A stretch of DNA of 64,000 nt from Gammaproteobacteria bacterium (GCA_040905025.1 JBBDSJ010000126.1:5833-69832), one strand, 5' to 3'. Shown: positions 1-9,481, counted from the stretch's first letter. Notes: generated from the letters alone by a model not told the origin. A program made the numbers and translations.

Positions 1-444
1 ACACAGGCCGTTATCCGCTGACAGGTTTAGCGTGTGCGTCAATTGCCGGGCAATAACACGGCCACCCAGCCGCGAGCCTTCAAGAACGTACAGGCAGCCC
101 GCTTCGGCCACCGGGGAGGCCGTCAGGGACGCTGGAACAGATACTGCAGCAGCGCTGGAGATGCCCCCCAGCATTTGCAGATCGGTTTCCAGATCACCGC
201 TACGGCAATAATAGCCGAGCAGCGCCAGCGTATTATTGCCCGAACTATGCAGGGCATTTTACAGGGGCCGGAAAACGGACAAAAACGCCTGCAGCAGGTT
301 CTTGTATTCGGGAATTGTGTAATCCGCAGCGAACAGCCGCTGCAATGCCGGCACGGATTCCAGTCTGGTGTGCTGCGCCCGGGTGCCGGAGCGCAGTTGT
401 ATAAGTGCCGCGTTACCAGCCGTGTGTGGTCCGGGCGCTTTCAT
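1..444 (-). pseudogene. heme oxygenase-like protein (HemO/BphO type), 3' end beyond window edge, interrupted by in-frame TAA at 259-261
   Basis: The minus-strand frame is open from ATG at 444 to the window edge except for one TAA (259-261). The N-terminal segment LRSGTRAQHTRLES...YKNLLQAFLSVFRPL and the downstream GCLYVLEGSRLGG resemble heme-oxygenase helices (YVLEGSxLGG motif). Recognition is by eye only. Confidence 0.4.
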
Positions 445-799
445 TGCCGTGTTGGGTCGCTATCCGGTTGGTCGATAAAATTCATGGCAGGCGCCTGCTG
501 GTTATGCATTTAGCCCAAGTATAGAGCAACAGGCCGTTTAATGAACCAGTGTCAAATGACATGAACAAAGCTCGTTAAACGACCGTTTCAAATAACAATT
601 ATTTGCATTTACATGCTGCTTTAGCAACAAATCTGTACTATAGTCTTTATATAGATACTGATAGCAAAATTAATTGCCTATGTGATTAATTGTGTTGGGA
701 ACTTTCTTGGCTTTGCACCGCCGGTGCCTTAATGCTCTGATTAAGGAAACGCTACAGTAGAGCAGCGGAAGCGTAAAATATCGTCAGAGGAGTTGCTGC

Positions 800-1837
800 A
801 TGCGCTGGCCGATTAAGGCAACTGTTTTAAAACTAGTCAAGATTGCCCTGCTCGCGATTATCACGTTGCCGTGGCCGCTATACGCTGAGACCTTAGCCGA
901 GATCCGCATTGGCGGCGTTGACTCTCTCGGCGACCTGCCGACGCTGGTGGCCGATCAGCACGCTTTGTTCAGCGCTGAGAATCTCAGTGCCAGCGTCGAC
1001 TACAGCCTGTCCGGCGAACAGAATCTCGACTTGTTGCGCAATCGGCAAACCGATTTTGCCTTGATGTCGTTGACCCCTGTGGTGCTGGATATGCTCACAG
1101 ATACCACGCCCGGCGGGGCCGATGACCCGGTCATACTGGCCAGCCTGGTCCATTCCACCCGCTTTAACCAGGTCGTCGCTCTGGCCGATCGGCGACTGCG
1201 CGAGCCGCACCATCTGGCCGGCAAGCGGGTCGGGTTGATGCGGGGCACCAATGCCGAATTCACCTGGTGGCTGTTTGCCGCCTACCACAAGCTGGACACG
1301 GCCAGCATAGCGATCATTGATTACCGTATTGACGCCATCACTGATGCCTTAATCAATGGCGACATTGATGCCGCCGTTATCTGGGAACCCTGGTCCGCTT
1401 ATATCGAACAGCAAGCCGGACAGGATATACATCGCTTCCCCGGCAGTAATATTTATGCAGCGAAATGGATACTGGTCACACGCCGCGAAATGATCGAGCA
1501 GAATCCTGCGGTCATTACGGCCGTCTTGCGTGCCTACCAGAATGCTATCAACATTATTGATGCCGAACCGGCCCAGGCACTCAGGCTGTATTTCGATCAC
1601 TCACAGTTAGCCGGTGCCAGCTTGCCGGTCAGTGCAGAAACACTGGCCTATGATCTCAGTCTGGACTGGTCACTGATTGCAACGTTTCGGCAACAACTTG
1701 ACTGGGCGAAACGGGCAGGCTACGTGCAGGTAGCAGAAGCGCCGCCGATCCTGTCAATGATTGCGCCGCAATTCCTGCGTGCCTTGTCACCTTCCGCTAT
1801 AGGTCTGCCGCATATAAATGAATCAGCGTTACCATGA
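800..1837 (+). CDS. periplasmic substrate-binding protein, NMT1/SsuA (NitT/TauT)-like
   Basis: 345 aa ORF with a signal-like N-terminus (LLAIITLPWPLYA). Segments GKRVGLMRGTNAEF and DAAVIWEPW are typical of SsuA/TauA-type binding proteins. The stop overlaps the next start (ATGA at 1834-1837). Confidence 0.7.
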   Translation: MRWPIKATVLKLVKIALLAIITLPWPLYAETLAEIRIGGVDSLGDLPTLVADQHALFSAENLSASVDYSLSGEQNLDLLRNRQTDFALMSLTPVVLDMLTDTTPGGADDPVILASLVHSTRFNQVVALADRRLREPHHLAGKRVGLMRGTNAEFTWWLFAAYHKLDTASIAIIDYRIDAITDALINGDIDAAVIWEPWSAYIEQQAGQDIHRFPGSNIYAAKWILVTRREMIEQNPAVITAVLRAYQNAINIIDAEPAQALRLYFDHSQLAGASLPVSAETLAYDLSLDWSLIATFRQQLDWAKRAGYVQVAEAPPILSMIAPQFLRALSPSAIGLPHINESALP

Positions 1838-4794
1838 AGCTGACGCAGCTCACCGCCGTCTGCATGGTCGCCTGTATTGTCGGCTTGCTGGTATTGCTGA
1901 CGATCAGCCTGTTGAGTCTGGCCAGTATCCGTGCCAATCAGCAGTCGGTCTCCGAGCTGGTAGAGTTAAAGCGCCGCGCCGATAATTTTTCGGTGGCCAG
2001 TGACAGCCTGCTGTTGTTTGGTGCTGATACGTCACTCTGGCAACACTATGAACATGAAGGCCGCTCGCTGCAATCAACTTTACAGGCATTGGCAGAAACC
2101 GTTCCCGGGACAGGCAAGGCAGCGCATCATGTAAAAATCATACTGGCTGAACTGGATAAAATCATTGCGGCAGATGCTGCCGGAATTAACACTGCTGACA
2201 CCGCCAAAATACAGAATCATTCACACGGGCTATTGAATCTGGATCACCGTAGTCAAATTATACTGAACAATATTGCCAATCATGGCATTGCAATGGATAC
2301 GGCGCTGTCGCAGGCGATCACGCAGCAACAAACACTGCACACCCGGGATGTGTATCGCACATCCCTGTTGTTCGCCGGTTCGGCAGTGCTGTTTGCAATA
2401 ATTTCCATGATCGCGTTTGTCTGGATTTATCGGCGCGTCAATCAACCGACCCGGGCACTGCTGCAAACAATCAAACGTGCTGGTGCCGGTGATGCAAGCG
2501 CGCGCGTTGATGTTTCAGGCAGGGATGAACTGGCAGCGATCGGCCAGGCTTTTAATGGCCTGCTGGACTACCAGCAAAATGCACACCAGCATCTTCAGGA
2601 ACAACAGGCGCAGCTGGAACATCAGCGCAAAATGCTGGAGGAATCGCAACGCATCGCCAGGCTCGGCAGCTGGCGCCGGGATCTGCAAACCAATATAACC
2701 GAGTGGTCGGCTGAATGTTACCGGATTGTCGGTCGATCGCCGGACAGCTTCACGCCATCGGCACAGACCTTATTTGATCTGGTGCATCCGGATGATGTCG
2801 AATCATTTACGGTCTTGCGTGACATCGCATTAACCGGCAAGCAACCACTGGACACGCAAATCCGGATCATTCTTCCCGATGGAACCACACGGTATGTGCA
2901 TTTGTGGGCCGAGCTGAAATACGATAACAACGGCAAGCCGCGTTATTTCAGTGGCAGCCTGCAGGATGTCACTGAGTTTCATGCCCTGATCGCGAAGCTT
3001 GAGCAAAACGAGCAGGCCCTGCGGGCCTCGCGTGATGAACTGGGTGATGCACTGGCCATGCGCCAGACACTCATCAATTCACTGCCGGCGCATATTGCCT
3101 TGCTCGACGCTGATGGCCGCATTATTGATGTCAATGATCAGTGGCGTCACTATGGCGAGGAGAATGCCTTCACGGATCCACACTCCGGCATCGGGCAGAG
3201 TTATATCGAGATATGTAAAGCCGCCAGCGGTGATTGCCGCGAAGATGCCCTCGCTGTCGCGCAGGGACTGAAGGATACTCTTGCCCATAAACTGACCACC
3301 TTTACACTGGAATACCCGTGCCATTCGCCGGATACAAAGCGCTGGTTCCGGGTCATGGTCAATCAGCTGACTTCGAGCCAGGCTGGTGAGGAAAATTATG
3401 GCGCCGTCGTCATGCATATCGACATCACCGAGCGCAAACTGGCGGAACTGGAACTGAGTCAACTGGCTTTCGAGGATCAGCTGACCGGCCTGTGGTCGCG
3501 CAATGGCTTCGTCGCCCAACTCTTTAAAAGCATCAAGCGAAATGGCTGGCCAGCTCATGGCATAGTTGTATTACTGGATATAGAGCAATTGCATGATGTC
3601 AATGACGCCCATGGCTATGCGGTCGGTGACCAACTATTAATATATGTGGCTGAACTTCTCCGCACCAGCACCGGCGACAACGGGCTGGTCGGCCGTACCA
3701 GCGGCGATCAGTTCATGCTGTACATACAGACGGAGTCTGAACCTGAACTGGAACAACAGCGCGTGGCACTGGAGTCGGTATTTGCCGAGCCGCTCAGACT
3801 TGAGGACCAACTCATTTATACCAATGCCCATTTTGGCTATACCCTGCTGGCGACAGATATCCGTGATGTCGAGGCATTGATACATGAGGCCGAACTTGCC
3901 CTGTTCGAGACCCGGCGGGCAAAGTCCGGCAGATGGAGAATATATAAAACTGAATTCGATACCGCATCACGTGATCGTGTCCGCCTGAGCAAGGAACTGC
4001 GCCAGGCACTTGTCAATCAGAATCAGGAGTTTGAGCTGCATTTTCAACCCAAGGTGAATCTCATAAATGGCGAGTTGATAGCCTGCGAGGCATTATTGCG
4101 CTGGCATCATCCCGAGCGTGGGCTACAACCACCGGCCAGCTTTATTCCGGTCGCCGAACAAAGCCAGCTCATACGCCCGATCGGGCGCTGGGTTATCAAT
4201 GAAGCCTGCCGTTACCTGCGCCGCTGGCGTGATGAAGGCCTGCCGATTGTGTGTGTCTCGGTCAATGTCTCGCTGGTGCAGTTTATCGATGAAAGTTTCA
4301 CAGAGATCGTCGCCGCTGCATTGGCTGATCATCAGGTCGAGCCCGGCAGCCTGATACTGGAAATCACCGAAAGCGTTCTTGATGAAGCATCCGGCATTAT
4401 CAAGGCAGAAATACTGAAACTGCATGAAACAGGCGTGCGTCTGTCACTTGACGATTTCGGCACCGGCTACTCATCCCTGCGCTACCTGCAGCAGTATCCG
4501 TTTGATGAAATCAAGATCGATCAGAGTTTCGTCAAAAACCTTGTTGGTAATAACTATAACCGCAGTATTGTCAGTGCGATCCTGGATATTGCCGAAGCCA
4601 TTGGCGCCGAGACCGTAGCAGAAGGCATTGAAGACCTTGCAGTGCGGAACGCGTTGCTTGATCTCGGCTGCAAGGCCGGACAGGGCTATTATTTCAGCAT
4701 GCCGCTGGAGGCCGAGGACTTTCGCTGGCTGCTGGACAAGAGATGTCCGCTGCCACTGACAGCCAGTTACAACAGCAGTATGACAAGCGCCTGA
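1834..4794 (+). CDS. membrane sensor HAMP-PAS-PAS-GGDEF(degenerate)-EAL protein, probable c-di-GMP phosphodiesterase
   Basis: 986 aa with two TM segments flanking a periplasmic region and a HAMP domain (RALLQTIKRAGAGD...ELAAIGQAFNGL). It has two PAS-like blocks. The GGDEF site reads SGDQF. The EAL domain carries EALLRW, LEITES, DDFGTGYSSL, KIDQSF, EGIE and GQGYYF. Confidence 0.9.
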   Translation: MKLTQLTAVCMVACIVGLLVLLTISLLSLASIRANQQSVSELVELKRRADNFSVASDSLLLFGADTSLWQHYEHEGRSLQSTLQALAETVPGTGKAAHHVKIILAELDKIIAADAAGINTADTAKIQNHSHGLLNLDHRSQIILNNIANHGIAMDTALSQAITQQQTLHTRDVYRTSLLFAGSAVLFAIISMIAFVWIYRRVNQPTRALLQTIKRAGAGDASARVDVSGRDELAAIGQAFNGLLDYQQNAHQHLQEQQAQLEHQRKMLEESQRIARLGSWRRDLQTNITEWSAECYRIVGRSPDSFTPSAQTLFDLVHPDDVESFTVLRDIALTGKQPLDTQIRIILPDGTTRYVHLWAELKYDNNGKPRYFSGSLQDVTEFHALIAKLEQNEQALRASRDELGDALAMRQTLINSLPAHIALLDADGRIIDVNDQWRHYGEENAFTDPHSGIGQSYIEICKAASGDCREDALAVAQGLKDTLAHKLTTFTLEYPCHSPDTKRWFRVMVNQLTSSQAGEENYGAVVMHIDITERKLAELELSQLAFEDQLTGLWSRNGFVAQLFKSIKRNGWPAHGIVVLLDIEQLHDVNDAHGYAVGDQLLIYVAELLRTSTGDNGLVGRTSGDQFMLYIQTESEPELEQQRVALESVFAEPLRLEDQLIYTNAHFGYTLLATDIRDVEALIHEAELALFETRRAKSGRWRIYKTEFDTASRDRVRLSKELRQALVNQNQEFELHFQPKVNLINGELIACEALLRWHHPERGLQPPASFIPVAEQSQLIRPIGRWVINEACRYLRRWRDEGLPIVCVSVNVSLVQFIDESFTEIVAAALADHQVEPGSLILEITESVLDEASGIIKAEILKLHETGVRLSLDDFGTGYSSLRYLQQYPFDEIKIDQSFVKNLVGNNYNRSIVSAILDIAEAIGAETVAEGIEDLAVRNALLDLGCKAGQGYYFSMPLEAEDFRWLLDKRCPLPLTASYNSSMTSA

Positions 4795-4835
4795 TATGCG
4801 ATTGCAAATACACGTAATACTTATGGAGCTACAGC

Positions 4836-6577
4836 ATGAATTCGCCGGAACCTGCGCTAATCAAACGTAAAACCGGCCTGCCGGGCCTGGATGAAATTAC
4901 CGGCGGCGGCCTGCCGGCAGCAGGCGCCACACTGATAATCGGTCAGGCCGGCGCCGGCAAATCTGTTTTCTGTCTGCAGATACTCGCCAAAACGATCACG
5001 ACCGGCACGGGCGCCATCTATGTGTCGTTCGAAGAATCCAGGGCGCAGATTCATCGCGATGCGGCATCATTCAGCTGGGGTAAAACACTGATTGCTGCCG
5101 ATAACTGGGATGTCATCGATGCCCCCGGCCGGCACACGATGCAACGACGTCAGGTGGCTTTGATCTGGACGGGTTGCTGGCTGTCATCAGCAGCCGGGCA
5201 AGTAAAACCGGCGCCGGCTGGATTGTACTCGATGGTATTGATCGTCTGTTGCGAATGCAACCTGACACCAACTCCGCCGTTGCCCAGATTGTGGCCATCA
5301 ACAACTGGTGTGAACAGCAGCAATTGTCACTGCTGTTGACGGCCAAGCAGTTTGCCGCCGATACCACGCTTGTGGCTTATCTCGAAGATGTTGAATACAT
5401 GCTTGATACCGTACTGAATTTATCGCAGGGCCTGGTTGAACGCAGGCTCAACCGGCGCTTCCGTATCGTCAAGTATCGTGGCTCGGCACACGTAACGGAT
5501 GAACTGCCCATGGTCATTGATAATGACGGTCTGCATATCCCATTCGCTGACCGGGTGACACAAGCGGCCGTACCGGTGAGCCATGAACGCCTGCAAACCG
5601 GCATTCCGCGGCTTGATGCCGTCCTTGACGGTGGTTTGTATCGCGGCTCCACCACACTCGTTTCCGGGCGACCGGGCACAGCCAAAACCACACTACTCGG
5701 GGCCAGTTTTGCGCTTGCTGCCGCCGGTCGCAAGGAGCGTACGCTTTACATCAGTTTTGATGAACTGGCTGACCGCATCGTGCGTAACGTCGCCTCGGTC
5801 GGTATTGATCTTGCGCCGGCTATAGATGCCGGGCTTGTCAAAATCGATTCACGGAAAGCCTGGCGCTCACTGGTCGAAGATCACTACGTTGAAATACTGC
5901 GCATGCTTGATGAGTTCAAACCCGATTGTCTGGTCATTGATCCGGTCTCGGCCTTGTTAAAAGCGGCCAGCACCGCAGCCACATATATTGCCATCGAGCG
6001 GATATTGGGTGTTGCCCGGGCCAGTGGTATTACCACGATACTTACTTCATTAACTGGGAATGAACCTGGAGGCGAATCCACTTTGAGCCACACCTCGACG
6101 CTGGTAGACACCTGGATTGCGCTTGGCTATGCCGTCAGAGGTGGTGAGCGGAACCGGACACTGTCTGTCGTAAAATCGCGCGGCACCGGCCATTCCAACC
6201 AGGTTCGCGAGCTGGTGCTCGCAACCAGCGGTCTCGACCTGGCGGATGTCTATCAGTTTGGCTCGGAAGTGCTGATGGGCACCGCCAGACTGCAGAAGGA
6301 ACAGGAACTGGCGAGCCTTGAAAAAAAGCGTTCAGTCGATCGCAGCAAACAACAGCAAAAACTGAAACGTGAAATTGAACTCGCCAAAGGCCGGGAGAAA
6401 AAAGCCGCCAGCGAGACGCGAAGTCTTGAGGAAGAACTACGACTTGAAATGCAGGAATTTGCGGATACCGACAGCGAAGAATCGAAGCGGGAAAGCGACA
6501 TTATGCAAAAGCGTGACAAAGGCAGCACCAAAGCCATAAATGCTCCTGAACCGAAACATACCGGAGGGGAAAAATGA
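4836..6577 (+). pseudogene. kaiC: KaiC-like double RecA-domain ATPase, reading frame broken near 5122-5126
   Basis: Two overlapping ORFs (4836-5339 and 5174-6577) each encode one KaiC domain, with Walker A GQAGAGKS (CI) and GRPGTAKT (CII). SHTSTLVDTWI aligns with the KaiC S/T phosphosite segment. The frames join at a C5 run, giving IDAP|RPAHDATTSGGFDLDGLL. Confidence 0.8.
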
Positions 6578-6894
6578 ACGCGGAGTCGCAACCTGAGGCC
6601 AGGTCAGGGGCGCATCTGGTTCTGTTTATCACCGGTGATTCACCGCGTTCACAACGGGCACGCGGCAACCTCGAGCAGGCCCTGAATCAACTCGCGATTG
6701 ATGGCGTGCTGGCTGAAGTAGTTGATTTATTAAGTCAGCCGGAACAGGTAATAAAATATGGCGTATTTGCAACGCCGGCATTGATGAATGCCAGTCAATC
6801 CGGAAACCCGCAAATACTCTATGGTGATTTATCCAACACGGACAGACTGCTAAAGTTTCTGGCGACTGGTTTGCCCGGCAAAAAGATTGGCTAG
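6574..6894 (+). CDS. kaiB: KaiB-like thioredoxin-fold clock protein
   Basis: 106 aa. LVLFITGDSPRSQRARGNL, FATPAL and GDLS match the KaiB pattern (LYVAGNTPNS..., ATPTL, GDLS). The start overlaps the kaiC stop (ATGA at 6574). Confidence 0.85.
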   Translation: MNAESQPEARSGAHLVLFITGDSPRSQRARGNLEQALNQLAIDGVLAEVVDLLSQPEQVIKYGVFATPALMNASQSGNPQILYGDLSNTDRLLKFLATGLPGKKIG

Positions 6895-7242
6895 AAGTGG
6901 TCGCAAAATTCATTACCCGTGACAGGAGCAGGGCAACGCCCGCCTGGCCGAACGCGACAGCCGCCTGCACGGTGCCAGTTGGAACAGCAATGTTGCGCAA
7001 ACAGGTCAGAACGGTGTCGAGGCCAATACCGAAGCCGGTATTGATCTGAACGAGAATGTCTCGGTCAATGTGCGTTATACGGCGACGAAATTCAGCAACC
7101 TGCTGTCGCATCAGGCGATGAGAACAACACGGGTCAGCTGGCAAATGCAAACCCTGACTCCGGTTTGTGGCTGGTGGTAAAACAATAACCATGCCCGACG
7201 ACACCCATATCGGGTGTCCTTACCCAGGGGCTTCCGGCTTTT

Positions 7243-9030
7243 TTATTTCGGCTTGGCTGCGTACATGGCATCATCAGCATGGCGCAAAAGCTGCTGATCA
7301 TCATCACCATCCTGCGGATAAACTGCAATTCCGATACTGGGTGCGATTTTCAGCACACGATTTTCGACGGCAAACTCCAGCATGAAAGCTGCCTGAATTT
7401 TACTTACAACCCTTTCAATGTCTTCATGCCGATTAATATTCTCCAGCAGGATCACAAATTCATCGCCACCAATCCGTGCCACCGTATCCACTTCACGCAG
7501 ACAGTCCCTGAGTCGCTGTGCCGACTCTTGCAGCAGCGCGTCACCCACCGCATGCCCAAAGTCATCGTTCACCTGCTTGAATTTATCCAGATCCAGATAC
7601 AACACGGCCAGCAAAGCTGTTTCGCGCCGGGCCCGGGCCAATGCCAGCCGCAAACGATCCTGAAACAGCACCCGATTGGGCAAGCCGGTCAGCACATCAT
7701 GCAACGCCATATAACGCATTTGTGTCTGCAATTTTTTGCGCTCAACGGCGGTGGCTATCTGCGTCGAAACAAACTGCAGGAACTCCTTGTCCTTGTCACT
7801 ATAAGACATTGCCTGTGAACTGTGCTGCATTATCAACGCGCCCAGCGTTGTATTGTTCATGCTCAACGGTACACCCAGTCGACTTGTCATAAGCTGGCTG
7901 TTGTTTGTGCCTGCTGCAATTGCAGCAGATATCTGTAACAACGGCGCATCGGTTCGCATCACCTCAACGCAAAACGTGTCGGCGGCGGGGGTTTGTTCGG
8001 GAACCTGTTCGGTTACGTCGTAATAATAGGCATATTCCAGTGCTTCGTCTGTGCCGCCGCGCAGCGCAATATAAAACCGGTCTGCTGTTAGAAATTCGGT
8101 AATCGTTGCATGAATGCTTTTAAACAAAGCCTGTAAATCATCTTCGCTATGCGCCGCTTCGGATATTTCATACTGCGCCTTGTGTATGAACTCCGCATAT
8201 TTGCGCTCAGAAATATCGTGCGCCACGGCGACCCGATACTGGTCTTCCGGTGCAAAGCGTGCCGACCACATGATATGTGCAATCTGGCCATCCTTGCGGA
8301 TATAACGGTTTTCAAAATACGGCTTGGCATTGCCGGCGCTGATTTCACTGATCGCGGCCGCAGTGTGGGCGCGGTCATCCGGATGCACCAGATCGAGCGG
8401 ATTCCTGCCATGCATTTCTTCGGGCGTGTAACCGAATATACGTTCAGAGGCAGCACTGACATACACAAACCGGCCTTGCTGATCGACAACGCAGACGGCG
8501 TCGAGCAGCAGGTCCATGATGTTGACCAACGGGACATCGGGTTTCATTGAATCTTCAGGCTCATCGGTTAACGGGTCTGTTTGATAAACATCCAGCAGCG
8601 GCTGTTGTGAAGCATCCACAGCGATCAGCTTTGTACGGCCAGCTTCGCCATACAGGAATGCATTCTGCCGGTACACCCGGGACAGCTCGCGTGCCTGTTC
8701 AAGCTTTATGTCCAGTATCAGCAGACTCGGCTCCGCTGGCCAGTGTCCTGCCGGGTCACTGCCGGTGGCGGAATAATAGCGCCAGCGGTTGGCCACCGCC
8801 TGGATAAACTGTTGCTGCAGATGCTGGTTTTCGGCGGCATCAGTTTTACGCCCATGCGGATTGAAAGCCGTAATCAACGCACAACTGGCGATGTCTTCGG
8901 CACGCAGCAGCTGCAGCAGCTGCAGCAGTTCAGTGGATTCGCCACAAGCAGGCAGGCGGATTTCGCTTCCATTGACCCGCACTGTATAGACTGCATGGGT
9001 GTAGGATCGCGCCAGTTCTGCTGTCAGCAC
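7243..9030 (-). CDS. DUF3293-like N-terminal domain fused to PAS-GAF-GGDEF diguanylate cyclase
   Basis: 595 aa. The N-terminal ~140 aa (ITAFNPHGRK..AENQ...WPAEPSLLIL) look like DUF3293. A PAS block follows (VCVVDQQGRFVYVSAASERIFGY), then a GAF-like region, then an intact GGDEF domain (RIGGDEFVILL). Confidence 0.85.
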   Translation of the reverse strand: MLTAELARSYTHAVYTVRVNGSEIRLPACGESTELLQLLQLLRAEDIASCALITAFNPHGRKTDAAENQHLQQQFIQAVANRWRYYSATGSDPAGHWPAEPSLLILDIKLEQARELSRVYRQNAFLYGEAGRTKLIAVDASQQPLLDVYQTDPLTDEPEDSMKPDVPLVNIMDLLLDAVCVVDQQGRFVYVSAASERIFGYTPEEMHGRNPLDLVHPDDRAHTAAAISEISAGNAKPYFENRYIRKDGQIAHIMWSARFAPEDQYRVAVAHDISERKYAEFIHKAQYEISEAAHSEDDLQALFKSIHATITEFLTADRFYIALRGGTDEALEYAYYYDVTEQVPEQTPAADTFCVEVMRTDAPLLQISAAIAAGTNNSQLMTSRLGVPLSMNNTTLGALIMQHSSQAMSYSDKDKEFLQFVSTQIATAVERKKLQTQMRYMALHDVLTGLPNRVLFQDRLRLALARARRETALLAVLYLDLDKFKQVNDDFGHAVGDALLQESAQRLRDCLREVDTVARIGGDEFVILLENINRHEDIERVVSKIQAAFMLEFAVENRVLKIAPSIGIAVYPQDGDDDQQLLRHADDAMYAAKPK

Positions 9031-9107
9031 GACCGGCTACCGTGCACAAGCTCATACCTGTAAACCATTTGGGGCAACAAAGCCATGCGGCGTACAATCA
9101 TCGTGTC

Positions 9108-9428
9108 ATGAGAAATCATCATCACAATCGGCCTGGTCGCAATCGGCCCGGCAGCGTATTGCTACTGGTCATGTTGATCGCCAGCACGGGCGGCTGCGGC
9201 GGCAATGTGAATGTGCAGGCCAGTGGCGGTGGCGCCGGCGGATTTGCATCACTGGGCGCGATCATACTCGGTACCAGTGCGTTGCGGTATCTGCGCGGCA
9301 ATCACGATCCGGTTCGCAAGACACCGGAAGAACAAGACGATCCGGCGCTGGTGACACCCCCGGAAATATCAGCGGAGCCAACAACAGACGACACGCCGCA
9401 GTTACAGCCCATCAAGCGGCCAGACTGA
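9108..9428 (+). CDS. small hypothetical lipoprotein-like protein
   Basis: ATG at 9108 gives a basic N-terminus plus a hydrophobic segment ending ...IASTGGC, then a Gly-rich and acidic/Pro-rich tail. A strong terminator follows directly. No family recognised. Confidence 0.4.
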   Translation: MRNHHHNRPGRNRPGSVLLLVMLIASTGGCGGNVNVQASGGGAGGFASLGAIILGTSALRYLRGNHDPVRKTPEEQDDPALVTPPEISAEPTTDDTPQLQPIKRPD

Positions 9429-9452
9429 TGCTTTCCGGCCGCCGCAAACAAC

Positions 9453-9481
9453 AAACGCAGGCACTGGCCTGCGTTTGTTTT
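9453..9481 (+). terminator. rho-independent terminator
   Basis: Perfect 10-bp stem aaacgcaggc / gcctgcgttt with loop actg, followed by gtttt. Confidence 0.75.

Noticed and set aside
34-513. 159-aa plus-strand ORF at the window start
   Set aside because: It is antisense to the frame that shows heme-oxygenase-like motifs. The sequence is Arg/Gly-rich with no motif.
727-746. Short palindrome ccttaatgctctgattaagg upstream of the binding-protein gene, as a degenerate member of the GGAACCTCTGA repeat family
   Set aside because: It shares only the gctctgattaa core. The arms are arranged differently, and it is too short to distinguish from chance or from an unrelated operator.
5174-5339. C-terminal tail of ORF 4836-5339 (..CWLSSAAGQVKPAPAGLYSMVLIVCCECNLTPTPPLPRLW..) as a genuine short KaiC-CI-only protein
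   Set aside because: The tail overlaps, out of frame, the sequence that encodes the conserved remainder of the CI domain (GFDLDGLLAVISS..GWIVLDGIDRLL). The tail itself is low-complexity.
6900-7240. Possible outer-membrane beta-barrel gene remnant on the plus strand (..GVEANTEAGIDLNENVSVNVRYTATKFSN.., and after a frame change ..GDENNTGQLANANPDSGLWLVVKQ*), and the 191-aa minus-strand ORF 6629-7204
   Set aside because: The alternating pattern is suggestive of a porin/OmpW-like C-terminus. However, there is no start and no signal peptide, and I cannot name a family. The minus-strand ORF overlaps kaiB antisense. It needs BLASTX before any call.
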